From contig JAVKOQ020000030.1 of NCBI GenBank assembly GCA_031835245.2, positions 124,001-188,000 of the forward strand: DNA of 64,000 nucleotides, in the 5' to 3' direction. A model generated the notes under the pieces. That model was not told the DNA's origin. It did not search any database and saw only the letters and a program-made list of their open reading frames with translations. Positions 48,213-59,675 of this stretch are shown one piece after another. Each line of letters starts with the position of its first letter. The first letter of the stretch is position 1. Position numbers and translations under genes: made by a program. The DNA comes from Balamuthia mandrillaris (Eukaryota).

Positions 48213-50123
48213 ATGGACGCCAGCAACAGCGCTTCTACCATCGTGCAGTCCTTGAGGACCACGTTTCGCGAAGGCAAGACCCTTCCTTTGGCCTGGCGCA
48301 GAGAGCAGCTCTCCGCTTTGATCTCCTTGCTCACCGAGAACAAAGAGCAGGTCTTTTTTATTTTTTAATACCACCCCTTTTTCTTTTCCATCTTTTTCTC
48401 ACCGCTTCGATCAATCCAAAAAAGATTATGGAGGCCTTGAAGGAGGACCTAAGGCAAACCATCCTCCTCGCCGAGTCCGAGGTGGATATACCCATGAAAG
48501 AGGCCAAATTGGCCCTCTCCAAGCTGGACGAGTGGACCAAGCCTGAGCCCGTCTCGGTGCCCTTGCTCGTCAAACCTGGCAGCGGCTATATCGCCAAAGA
48601 CCCGCTTGGCGTCGTTCTCATCATTTCTCCTGTAACTCTCCTCCCTCTCTTTCCTCTGCTTCTCTCGTTCTAGTGCATTCTTCTCTCTTCTCTTTCCAGT
48701 CTCGTCTCTCTCCCTCTCGCGTTTCTATACTTCTCTCTCTGTCTTTCTCATGTCTTTCTTATGTTTAAAAGTGGAACTATCCTATCTCGTTGCTGTTGAA
48801 GCCATTGGTCGGTGCCATCGCTGCCGGCAATTGTGTTGTGCTGAAGCCCTCCGAAGTCAGCGCCGCCTGTTCCAATGTCCTCGCTAACCTCCTTACCAAG
48901 TACTTCCATCTCTCATGCTCTATTCTTTATTTTCCCATATTCTTACATTACCTCTCACCTTTCTTTCTTTCTTCAAAAAGATACATGGACCAGGACTGTA
49001 TCAGAGTGGTAGAAGGAGGCGTCTCTGAAACAACCGCTCTGTTGAAGCAAAAGTGGGATCACATCTTCTACACTGGCAATGGACACGTCGGTCGCATTGT
49101 CATGAAAGCAGCATCAGAGCACCTCACCCCCGTTACCCTTGAGCTCGGCGGCAAGAGCCCTGTCGTTATCGACGAACACGTCAACCTCGAAGTTGCTGCC
49201 CGCCGTCTTTGCTGGTATTGTGTTTTGTCTTTGACGTCTTGTATTTGTAGTTTGCTCTTTTTTTCTTTTTCATATCTGTGACACTGAAACGTTAAAATGA
49301 AACTTACGTATAATATACAAGGGCCAAGTTCGCGATGAACGTAGGCCAAACCTGCGTCGCTCCTGACTACATCCTTGTCACCAAGTCCATGGAGAAGCCC
49401 CTCCTGCAACAGCTGGCCAAGACTCTGCACGAGTTCTACGGAGAGGACGTGCGCTCCAGCGAGGACTACTCCCGCATGATCAACCAGCGGCACTGCCAAC
49501 GTGTGGCTGACCTCTTTAAGGACCGCGAGGACGTCCGTGTCCACTACGGCGGTGACGTCGACGTGGGGGAGCGCTTCATCGCTCCCACCATCCTGACGGA
49601 CATTCAGGACCCCTCCTCCTGTCCTGTCATGCAAGAGGAGATCTTTGGACCTGTGCTGCCGGTGATCCCCGTGGAGAGCGTGGATGAGGCCATCGAGTTT
49701 ATCAACCAGAGGGACAAGCCCCTGGCCCTCTACGTCTTCTCCAACGACCGCAACACGCAACAGAAGGTGTTGGAGAGGACGAGCAGTGGCGGTGCGGCCA
49801 TCAACGAGGCTGTGCTGCACGTGGTCTGCCCCAACCTGCCCTTTGGCGGCGTGGGACCCAGCGGCATGGGCGCCTACAACGGCAGGAAGACCTTTGACAC
49901 CTTCACCCACAGGAAGAGCGTGTTGGCCCGCCCGACCTGGTCCGATCCTTCCATTCGCTACCCGCCCTTCACTCCCAGCAAGATCGCCTGGCTGAAGCGG
50001 CTGCAAGGGGATGGTCTGTTGAGTGGCAAGAAGTTGCTGTTGGTGGTTGCTTTGCTGGCAGCTCCTGCTGTGGCTTTGTTTGTGCACCGCTATATGAATG
50101 CCACTTCCGCTGCTCGCCTTTAA
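48213..50123 (+). CDS. ALDH3: ALDH3-family (fatty) aldehyde dehydrogenase with C-terminal TM anchor
   Basis: [68 protein letters not shown] and hydrophobic tail [17 protein letters not shown]. Confidence 0.95.
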
Positions 50124-50466
50124 TCATAGACACACATACTTTTTGGTATTGTAATATACGTACCACCTTCACACACTTTTCTTTTGTCCCTTCTTGCCTA
50201 GCTTGAGATGGATGGATACATCTTTCTGGTTTGTCGAAATGCTGGCGGCGAAGAAGGAGGGCAGAACGGGATAATAGCCTCTTGCATTACGTTTGTGTCG
50301 ACATGAGGCAATAATATTAACGGAATCTTAAGGAAATTCCGAAATGATAATCAAAAAAAGGAAAAACGTTCCCGGTTCGACTCTGACCTGACACAAGAAT
50401 AGTTTTACTAGGAAAATTTTTTTCTCCTTTTCATTTTCGTCGACAGTGCAGTAACAGACAACCACC

Positions 50467-51591
50467 ATGGCAGACAGCAACGGGAACCGACCCCAGAAGG
50501 AGAAGCGTCCAGAGTGGGTGCTGGTCATTCATGGAGGGGCTGGCGCCATTCACCGCGCCCAAATGACGCCCGAGCAAAGGGCCCTCTACCTCGCTGGCCT
50601 TCAACGCGCCCTTGACGCTGGTGCCGCCATTCTTTCCTCCACTCCTTTGGGTTCTTCTTTGGATGCCGTTGTGGCAGCGGTCAAGGTGATGGAGGACGAC
50701 CCCATGTTCAACGCCGGCAAAGGCTCCGTTCTCACCGCCGACCGAACCTTTGAGCTCGATGCCTCCATCATGGAAGGCCGAACCCTGCGGGCAGGAGCTG
50801 TGAGCTGCGTCTCTAATGTCAAGAACCCAGTGGTGCTTGCCAGGAGGGTCATGGAGCGCACGCCTCATGTAATGCTGGTCGGAGGAGGGGCCGAACGGTT
50901 TGCAAAGGAACAGGAGGACGAAGAGCTTGTTCTGCTGGACGACCCGTTCGAGTACTTTCGAACCGAAAGAAGAGAACAACAACTGGACAGGCTGCTTGAA
51001 AAGCAACATCGTCAAGAAGAGGAACAAGAGAGAGAAAACAAAGGCACAACAACAACGGCAACTCTGACAGCTCTCAGCGAAGACTTGTTGGTCAAAAACG
51101 AGAAGACCTCTGCAATGCCTCCATCCTTGGGCACCGTTGGGGCAGTGGCGTTGGATCGTGAAGGAAACCTGGCAGCAGCCACCTCCACCGGAGGCATGAC
51201 CAACAAGCGAGCTGGCAGAGTGGGCGACTCCCCCATCATAGGAGCAGGCACCTACGCCAACAACCGCACCTGCGCCGTATCAGCGACTGGCCATGGGGAG
51301 TGGTTCATGAGAACGGTGGTGGCTCACGAACTCAGCGCCAGAATGCAGCATGGAGGAGAGGGCTTGGAGGCGGCTGCCGAGGAGTTGGTCATGAGGGATT
51401 TGAAGGAGGCAGGAGGCGAGGGAGGCTTGGTCGCTGTGGACAGCGAAGGGCGGTGGACGTGGCCCTTCAACTCGATGGGCATGTTCAGAGGGGTCATCAC
51501 GTCGGAGGGAGAGAGGAAGGTTGCCATCTACGAAGAGGAGGAAAGCAGAGAGGAGAGCGAAATTGTCGACAAATATAAACAGAAAGAATAA
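50467..51591 (+). CDS. ASRGL1: Isoaspartyl peptidase / plant-type L-asparaginase (Ntn hydrolase), intronless
   Basis: VIHGGAG, FNAGKGS, ELDASIM, G|TVGAVA (nucleophile Thr), ATSTGG, GRVGDSPIIGAG, SATGHGE. Confidence 0.95.
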   Translation: MADSNGNRPQKEKRPEWVLVIHGGAGAIHRAQMTPEQRALYLAGLQRALDAGAAILSSTPLGSSLDAVVAAVKVMEDDPMFNAGKGSVLTADRTFELDASIMEGRTLRAGAVSCVSNVKNPVVLARRVMERTPHVMLVGGGAERFAKEQEDEELVLLDDPFEYFRTERREQQLDRLLEKQHRQEEEQERENKGTTTTATLTALSEDLLVKNEKTSAMPPSLGTVGAVALDREGNLAAATSTGGMTNKRAGRVGDSPIIGAGTYANNRTCAVSATGHGEWFMRTVVAHELSARMQHGGEGLEAAAEELVMRDLKEAGGEGGLVAVDSEGRWTWPFNSMGMFRGVITSEGERKVAIYEEEESREESEIVDKYKQKE

Positions 51592-51810
51592 TCGTCGATT
51601 AAATTAAATTAGTCGACAAATAAATACTTTAAAAGGAAATTATTCATATTAAATCGTCGACGAAAACGATAAAGCAATACAGCAAGGTAACGGTCGCGCA
51701 CATAAAGCAAGAAGAACGAAACCCCGTGAACTCAGTTGCGGTATGGTGAACGTTGCGGTTTGAATGCCATTCCTCCGACCACAGCCACAACGATAACACA
51801 AGACAAAGCC

Positions 51811-53491
51811 ATGTCAACAGCGGAAGAACAGAAAACCGCGAAAGAAGAACGAGCAACCGCAGGGTGTACGTACAACGAAGACGAGGAAGTGGAGGACCGA
51901 CCAGGACAACAGAAGGGTACTTTGCCGGCCGGTGGGCCAAAGCAACGTTTAGCATTGCCGTCCATACTCGTCTCCAACGAAGAACAAGAGGATGGGCCCT
52001 CCTCTCCGCTCGTCGGCTCCAGCAAAGCGCGCCAGTCGGCCCGTCGCCTAAAGAACGAACGGCGCTTGAGCCTCCTTCTCAGCCGCGAGGAGAAGTTCCA
52101 GCAGATCAAAGCCAGAACGGCCGCCATCGAGCGCTCCATGGACACGCTGCAGGAGGAGCTGCTGAGAACGGGCTTGGAGCAAGGGGAGGTCGAGAGCGAG
52201 ACGCTGCGGGAGAGGAAGAAGGAGTTTGAGCGGCTAAGGAGTTCGGCGTTGGAGGAGAAGGATGCCAAGATTGTGGAACTGAGAGAGACGTTGCGGCAGC
52301 GGCTGAAGGCCGAGGAGGAGGCCAAGCTCTTGCACGAAAACGAGGTCAAGAAGTTGAACATAGAGCTGGATGAAGTGGAGAGACAGGTATTCTTTCCACC
52401 TCTTGTGTTGTTTCTTTCTTCTTCTCCTATCTTTTTTTCTCTCTCCATTTCGTTTGCTCTGATGCTTTTTGCAAACCTAGGGAATGAGAGAGATAAGAAG
52501 GTTGAAAGCACAATTGGAGAGAGCGGAGAAGGAGAAGGAGATGATGGCCAAAGCGTTGATGCTGAAAACGAAGGAAGCTAGCGGACTTCGGGACAGGAAC
52601 AAAGAGTTGGAACAAGTCAACGTTATGGTTGAAAAGGTTCGTCTTATACTTTTTCTTTCTCTCCTCCTTCACGAAAACGACTGACTTTATTGGCCTTTCC
52701 ATAAGAACATGATTTCTTCTTCCGTTCTTCCTTCTGCTTCTTCATCCTCATTCATCACGGAAGAAATGATGGACAATAATGTCCAACGATATAAAGAAAA
52801 GCTGGAGGAGGCGAATCGTTTAAGAGCAGAAATAGAGAAAGAAAGAGACGAGTTGGAGGACCAACTGATGGCATTGCGTTTCCAACTGGAAGATGAACAA
52901 AGGAAGCTAAAAGTGGTTCAAAACGAGAAGAAAGAATTGAGCGAGCACATAGCAGAAATGGAGTTGGAGATGTCGAAAGGAACACAACGACTAAACGATA
53001 TGAGAAAAGTATTCGAGGAACAGAAAACGAAAATAAGTTATCAACAAGACGCTAGCTTTAAAGAAAGACGGCCAGAGGGACAAAACAAAACAAACGACGA
53101 AGAGGACACAAAGAAAGAAAAAGGCAAAGAAAAAGTGGAGGAAGAAATAGAAGACGAAACAGAGATGTTACGAGAGAAAGTGAGGACGTTGGAACGAGCA
53201 TTACACGAAAAAGAGAACGAGCTGCAACAAATGAAAAACGGAGACATTCCTTTAGACCTCTTCAAAGATGCAAAGGAGGAAGGTGAAAGCGTGCAGCTAC
53301 ACCGACTGACCCGATCGTTTTTGTTGTTGCTGCATCAACGAAAGGAGGAACAACTTAAGTTTAGGTTTGTGGACGTAAGGTTGTTTCGTTTGCACGTTTT
53401 GGTGTGGGTGCTTTTGGTTTTGTACGTTTCCGCTTGGTTGTTCATGCGGAGCAACCGGCTTTATATTTCCTCCTTTCTTCCTCCTTCTTGA
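51811..53491 (+). CDS. Long coiled-coil protein with C-terminal TM (tail-anchored, golgin-like), 3 exons
   Basis: E/K/L heptad-rich ORFs joined by GT-AG introns (from about 52387 and 52637); terminal HVLVWVLLVLYVSAWLFM. Confidence 0.75.
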
Positions 53492-53842
53492 CACATAGGA
53501 ATGTAATAAAGTTATTTTCTGTTACAACGATAAAAAGAAGAATAAGCAACAAGAAAAGAAGAAGAAGAAGATGAAGAAGAAGAAGAAAAAGAACAAGAAG
53601 ATAAGCAGTACAAGCCTATCAAGAAGATGTTGAATAGTGTATAGGGGAAAAAAATTTATTTATGACAATTGAATAAAAGAACTAAAAACATTAAAAAACA
53701 AAAAAATAAAGCGTTGCTTGTTTTTTTCCCAAAGAGTGTTCTCTCGTTCTTGTTTTGTTAATGGTTTTTCTGTTGTTTATCTCATCGTGTCTATCCAAAA
53801 CGATAGAGAGGAAAAAAAAAAGGTTGCATGGTGTTTGTTTGT

Positions 53843-54751
53843 TTAGAACAAAGCAGCCAACAAGGGTTGCAAAGAAGCGGCAGAAGAAGTACTTTGGTCG
53901 TTGGATGCGCTTCCGCTCAGGTTTCCTCCGTCGGTGCTTCCAACAGAGCTGCTCTCATCCGTGGAGGATCCAGTGCCATCCGTGGCTCCGTCGCTTCCCA
54001 GAGAGGAGGATCCGTCGGTAGCACCATCGCTTCCGTCAGCACCATCGCTTCCGTCGGCAGCTTCAGGGCCAACAGGATCGGACTCAAGGAAGAGCTGAGG
54101 ATCAGTGCCACCGATGATGAAAGCAGTGCCGGCGCCATCCCTCACAGCGATGAGACTCCTGTCAGCGCTGAAGATCTCCTCCAAAGACAAGTCGGAGAAC
54201 TGGAAGGTGAAGGCCTGGGCGTTGGGGGCGGACTGGTAGTTGGTCCTCTGCTGGAAGTTGGCCACGGCGGTCAAGACGGTCTCCTCTCCGTTGAGGACGT
54301 CCATCTGCACCTGCTCCTCACGCACAACGGGGGCGTAGTGCCAGAAGGAGAGCTGGATTTGGCCGGTGCGCTTGGGCGGCATCTGAACGGGCTCCAAGGA
54401 GAGAAGGAAGACGTTGGTGTCGGCAGGAGCGCGGATCTCACCACCAAAGACAATGTAGTTGTAGATGTTCTCTCCGGAGGCGATCACAAAGTTCTCCATG
54501 CGGAAGCTGGTCTCGTTGGAGGCGGGGAACAGGCGGACGGGTTGAGGGCCGCAGGGAACGTTGGCCTGGCTGACCTGGCTGCGTTGGAAGGCCAAGTTGG
54601 TGGCGACCATCACATCGCCCACTCGAATATCGACGGGGGAGCCGTTGGGCAGCAAGTGAATGGACTTGACGATACAGTTATTTTGAGCGTTGACAAAGAG
54701 GAAGGCGGCGAAGAGGCCGAGTAGGAATAAGCTGAATCGTGCTGTGTTCAT
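53843..54751 (-). CDS. Secreted, probably GPI-anchored DUF4397-like surface protein, intronless
   Basis: Signal peptide; VKSIHLLPNGSPVDIRVGD..ATNLAF and a second repeat LSFWHYAP; S/G/D-rich stalk (DGSDGA repeats); C-terminal SSAASLQPLLAALF. Confidence 0.75.
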   Translation of the reverse strand: MNTARFSLFLLGLFAAFLFVNAQNNCIVKSIHLLPNGSPVDIRVGDVMVATNLAFQRSQVSQANVPCGPQPVRLFPASNETSFRMENFVIASGENIYNYIVFGGEIRAPADTNVFLLSLEPVQMPPKRTGQIQLSFWHYAPVVREEQVQMDVLNGEETVLTAVANFQQRTNYQSAPNAQAFTFQFSDLSLEEIFSADRSLIAVRDGAGTAFIIGGTDPQLFLESDPVGPEAADGSDGADGSDGATDGSSSLGSDGATDGTGSSTDESSSVGSTDGGNLSGSASNDQSTSSAASLQPLLAALF

Positions 54752-55254
54752 TCTCTATAAGTAGAGTTGTTTGTGATGGCGAGAGAGGAAAGAAGAAAAA
54801 CGAAGAGAGCAGAAGACCAAACTATTTGGTTTGTTGTTTTTGTTTGGATTGTTTTTGTTCTGAATGAAAATGTGGCTGGCTGAGAGGAAAGCGTGTTGCT
54901 TTAAATACCCATTCAAAGCCACCCCGGAAAAAAAAAAGGAGGGCCGAGAACAAAAAGATGGAAAAGAAGTACCTGTATAGTAATGCTCCACCCAAATCCT
55001 CCTCCGAATTCTCGCTGCCCCATCCCACGAAATCCCGCAGAGAGAAAAAATGGACAGGCAATAGTTACCTCAAATGGGCATGCAAGATTTGAATTTCTGG
55101 GTAAAATCATCCGGTTTTTCTGTTCTATTATTTTCGGGAGCCAATCGGACTTTTTTTACAAGCAATTTAGCCAATTAGGAATTTCCACCGATTTTACGAT
55201 TTGTAATCATCCGGATTTGCGTTCGATTTTTTGCCCCCTGAGATTGGGTGAGCA

Positions 55255-55680
55255 CGGAGAGGAGAGAGGAGAAGAGAGAAGTATGGGAGAAGAGCGAGGA
55301 GATAGGAGAGAGCAGAGAGCAGAGAGGAGAGAGGACAGAGAAGAGAGAAGCAGAGAAGAGAGAAGAGAGAGGAGAGAGGAGAGTAGCGAGAAGTAGAAAG
55401 TGCGAGAAAAAAAAAGAAAGAAGAGAGAAGAGAGAAGCAGAGAAGAGAGAAGAGAGAAGCAGAGAAGTGAGAAGCAGGGTAGAGAGCAGACAGCAAAGAA
55501 AGCGAGAAGAGGGAAGAGTGAAGAGGGGGAGAGAGAAGAGGGGGAGAGAGAAGAGGGAGAGCAAGGAGAGGAGAGAAGCAGAGGAGTGGAGAAGCATAGG
55601 AGCAGAGACAACAGAGAGAGGAGAGAAGGTGAGAAGCAGAGATAGTGAGAAGCAGAGAAGTAGAGAAAATGAGAAGAGAT
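55255..55680. repeat. GA-rich low-complexity tract (AGAGA/GGAGA units)
   Basis: Purine-rich degenerate repeat just downstream of the oxidoreductase stop codon. Confidence 0.9.
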
Positions 55681-55728
55681 CAAGGAACTAAAGAAAGGGA
55701 ACAAAAAAAAGAGAAATAAACAAACCGT

Positions 55729-58061
55729 TCAAAAGTCGCGCATGATCTTGTACTCCACCAAACTCTTCATCTTGCTGGCAAGCTTTCCCTCCACCCAAAC
55801 GTTTTCTCCTTTGACGATGAGGGCATTTTTTGGCCCCAACGATACGATCAGTATCCGTTGAGAGGAACGATAGCTCCTGAGCGACTTTCCTGTCTCCAAG
55901 GCCTTTATATTGGCCGCCACCACATCCGCATGTTTCTCTGCATTCTTCGTGTCGCCACAACAACAAAAAGTCAGAGAAGCACAAAAGAAGGAAGAAGAAG
56001 GAAACTAACTTGAGCAAGTTTTTCTTCCTGAATGTCAGTAATGTCGCCCAAAGCAAAGATGGTGGGATGACCAACCACTTGCAGTGTTGCCTCCACCCTC
56101 ACCAAGTTGCGGTCGGTCAAGCAACCTGTTCCCAACAACGATGACGATGAAGAGGAGTGTTGAAGAAAGTCCGTGTTGGGGCTGAAGCCAACGCAACAAA
56201 AGACGATGTCGGCTTCGATCTTGTTGCCTTGCGATGTCAGAAGATAGTTTGGATCCTCTGTGCTGACCACTTTGTCTTTCAGAAAAAGTTGGACGTTGGC
56301 AAAGCCTTCAAAAAACCTTTGGCAGTTCTTTTGTGCTCCTGTGGTTGTTTTGTTGGTTACTATTTTGCAAGAAAGAAAGAACAACGAAAGTAGAAAGAAG
56401 ACAGAAGCAAGGAGAAAGACGAACGAAGAAAGAGCCAAGAAAGCTAAGAGGGACAAAAGAAAGAAAGAAAGTCGAAAACAGAAGATGTCAAACCAGCACA
56501 AGTCCGTTCTAACAGGCCGGTGGCAGATACGATACTGAGTTTCTTGTCTGGAAAGTAATGAGCTATCTCGCCGGCAATTTCTACACCAACCGGTCCTCCT
56601 CCTATCACCGCCACTGTTTTGGCTTGCGCCAAAGCCTCATAGTGCCTATTGTTATTGTTTGTTTGGTTGTTTGCATTCAACAAGAACGAAAAGAGAAAGA
56701 AAATACAAAAAAAAGAGAAGAAAAAGCAAAAAACATACTCAGGAATAGCGGCACATAACAGCGGATTAACGACTTGAATATGGTCTGTGCTCTGAAGCAT
56801 GATGTTGTAGCGCGAACCTGTGCACAAAGCAAGATACTCGAATGGTACTTTGTCTCCGCTTTCCAAAACAACAAGGTTCTGCTCAATGTCGCTCACTGTG
56901 CCTTCCACAAACGTGCATTTGAGATACTTTCACGCGAGTGGAAGCTTTCATAAGAAATATAAAGAAGAGACAAGAAAAAAAGAAGAAGCAGCTTGAAGAA
57001 GAAAGAAGAAGAAAGAAGACCAAGAAGGAGAAACTTACTTTGGAATGAGGTGATGTCACTTTGTCGAGATGGCTGGGAGCACAGGTGCAAGAAGGAATGG
57101 AAGGCCAACACACGAACTGTGGCTTATTGTCGATTAGCGTCACGTCGAATTTGCTTTGAAGCTTTTTGGCAAGCCTAAAAGTGATGGTGAGTAAGTTACA
57201 GAAGGAAGGATGGAAGGATGGAAGGAGGCAAGGAAGAAAGGAAAGAAAAGAAAAGAAAAGAAAAGAAAAGAAAAGAAAAGAAAAGAAAAGAAAAGAAAAG
57301 AAAAGAAAAGAAAAGAAAAGAAAAGAAAAGAAAAGAAAAGAAAAGAAAAGAAAGAAAGAAAGAAAGACAGAAAGAAACGACAAGAAAGAAAGAAAGAAAG
57401 AAAGACAGAAAGAAAGAAACGACAAGAAACGACAAGAAAGAAAGAAAGAAAGAAAGAAAGTGTACAAACTTGGAACCAGCAAAACCACCGCCAACTATAA
57501 CCACCCTCTTCCTCTGCGAGAACCTATAAAACCGGTTTGCGTCCTGAAAGGGCGAGTCCCTCTCCGCAACGTGAGCAAAGACTCCTTGTTGTCTCAGCTC
57601 CTCTCCCAGTAGGATGGCTGCCTCTCTGCTGCCGGCTGGCGCGAGGGCGGAGGCCTTTTGGAGGAGCCAGTCGACCGCCTCGGAGCCGACGAAAACGGAC
57701 TCGTAGGTCTTGAGGTGATACTTTCGGTTGCGTACGTCAAAACCATTTTCTGTAAACGAGATGGTACTGAGTCAACAATAGAAGGAAGCAGAAGAAGGAC
57801 AAGAACAGATGAGGGAGAGAAGGGAGAGAGGAGAGAAGAAGTAAAGAAGAACAAGAGAGCATTACTTGGGTCTCGGATCTGTTGAACTAACGCGTCGAAA
57901 CTTGCTTGTTGTTCGTCTTCGTATTCTTCTTCTTCTTCATCGAGCTCTGTTCCTGCTTCCTGGCCGACGTGTTCTTCTTGCGGAGGGTCATGCGGCGGCG
58001 CCTCCATTCTCCTTCTCTTCTCTCCTTTCCACATCTCACGTCGACTCGGATCGTTCACCAT
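55729..58061 (-). CDS. AIFM2/AMID (FSP1)-like FAD/NAD(P)H oxidoreductase, multi-exon
   Basis: RVVIVGGGFAG, LALCTGS, VAVIGGGPVGVEIAGEI, VEATLQV..HPTIFALGDI, IVSLGP. Start may be 58061 or a nearby downstream ATG. Confidence 0.87.
57235..57460. repeat. (AAAAG)n/(AAAG)n intronic microsatellite
   Basis: Visible array; reads (CTTTT)n on the sense strand of the oxidoreductase intron. Confidence 0.95.
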
Positions 58062-58132
58062 CGATCTGCTAAGATTTCAAACCACTAATCCAATTTCAAA
58101 GTGTGTTTTTTGTTTGTTTTACCACATTATAG

Positions 58133-59514
58133 CTAAACTGCTGTAGCGACACCGTTGAGGTCAAAAGCTAACTTTCTGTGGATAACGCTGACCATTTGAA
58201 ATACATAAAGTCAGAAAGAAGAAGAACAACAGCAAGAGAGGGAGAATTAAAAAACTGAGGAAGAACAAAATAGCAGAACGTGATAGAGAGAGGGAACGTG
58301 AGAGAGAGAGAGAGAGAATTATGATCTGAAGAGAATGAAGAAAGAAGTTTTGCAAACCTGGTACCCTCCTCTTCATACTCTTTCCTTGATATCCACTTTT
58401 GTTGTGATGTCAACACAGCGGCCAACGCGGCTCCGCCCTGCCACACGCTAAACTGCCTCTCCGCTGAGGCTACCACTCTTACATCCATCATCGCGTCCGC
58501 CAAGCAAAGCACCCCATGCCGCAAACGGGGCGCCATACCAGCAAACAAAGAGGTTCCTCCAGAGAGCACGATGCCGCGATAGAGCTGTTGTCGAATGGAG
58601 GGCTCGCACTGCAGGATTGAAGCATTGGTCATCTCATGAATGCCTTCCTTACGAGTCCCTCCTCCGTCTGAAGGAGCAGAACAGTCCGAGGCGAGAAGCG
58701 CAGGTTGAAAGAGAGCCTCTGGGACACGAAAGCGTTCGGTGTCTATGGTTACGATCTCGCCACTGGGCAGTTCGTAGTGTCTCTCTAGGGGGCAAGGGTA
58801 GGAGGCAGCAGCCAACTGCATCTCCCCGTCAAACTCCGCTGCCACGTAGCAGAGCTTCTCCTTGATGTCACGGACGTACTCCCACTCGGCAGACGTGTCC
58901 AAGGCGAAGCCTCTCTCCTTGGCAAGCAGCTCTTTGAGATATTTCGTCAAGTGATGCCCTCCGTTGGCGCTTTCTGACTGCCGCATGGCTCCCGGCGTCG
59001 CGACCAATTTGCCCTCATAAATGGCAGTGGTGGAGAGGGTTTCATGACCACAGTCCACCACCAGTCCTGTCGTAAGGCCAGCAGAGTAGAGGCTGAGCAT
59101 TGGCTGAAGGGCCACATTCATCAGGGAAGTGCGAAATAGCTCAAACATGAGCTCGGTCATTTTCTCCCGGTGGGCAATGGGGTTGAAGGGCGGTTCGCTC
59201 AGCAGGACAGGATGCTCCTCGGGCGAGGCTTTGAGTTGGTGGAAGAAGAGGTCGTGCCAAAGCAACTCCATATCATCCCAGTTGACGATGACGCCGCGTT
59301 CAACAGGTCTTCTTAGAACGAGCACCCCCCGTTTTTGTTGGGCTTCTTCTCCCACGTAATGGGGCTTTAGCTTGCCCCCAAGCAGGATCCCTGGATGCCT
59401 AAGGCGGCCGACCACCGAAGGAAAGATGCTGGAGGGGACGGGGTCGCTGGCCAGACCGGCTTTGCATGTGTCGGAACCGTTGTCAACGACGATGGCGGCG
59501 TGACCTTCTTCCAT
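58133..59514 (-). CDS. Divergent actin / actin-like protein A (one intron near the C-terminus)
   Basis: AIVVDNGSDTCKAG, FPSVVGR, PEEHPVLLSEPPFNP, VRDIKEKLCYVA, ERFRVPEALFQP, IVLSGGTSLF. The intron after EEEGT is followed by exon SVIHRKLAFDLNGVATAV*. Confidence 0.9.
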
Positions 59515-59588
59515 GTCCTTCCCAGCATAGAAAATAACTGAAATATCTGGAATGATTTTCGTTCCTTCACTCTGCATCGACATAACAT

Positions 59589-59633
<45 letters not shown>

Positions 59634-59675
59634 AGAGTGTCTCTCATGACCCTTCGTATTTACAGTACAAACAAT

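Noticed and set aside
37008..51591. Auxin-pathway cluster (IaaH-like amidase + ALDH + 'iaaA')
   Set aside because: IaaA means isoaspartyl aminopeptidase and is unrelated to auxin; the ALDH is an ordinary ALDH3; the genes are 10+ kb apart with SMC6 between them.
49068..54724. Long antisense ORFs (49068-50087, 51732-52511, 53828-54724)
   Set aside because: Shadow frames of GC3-rich genuine genes on the opposite strand.
55175..57612. S/L-rich and R/E/K-rich ORFs at 55.2-55.7 kb and 57.2-57.5 kb
   Set aside because: Translations of GA-rich and (AAAAG)n low-complexity DNA.
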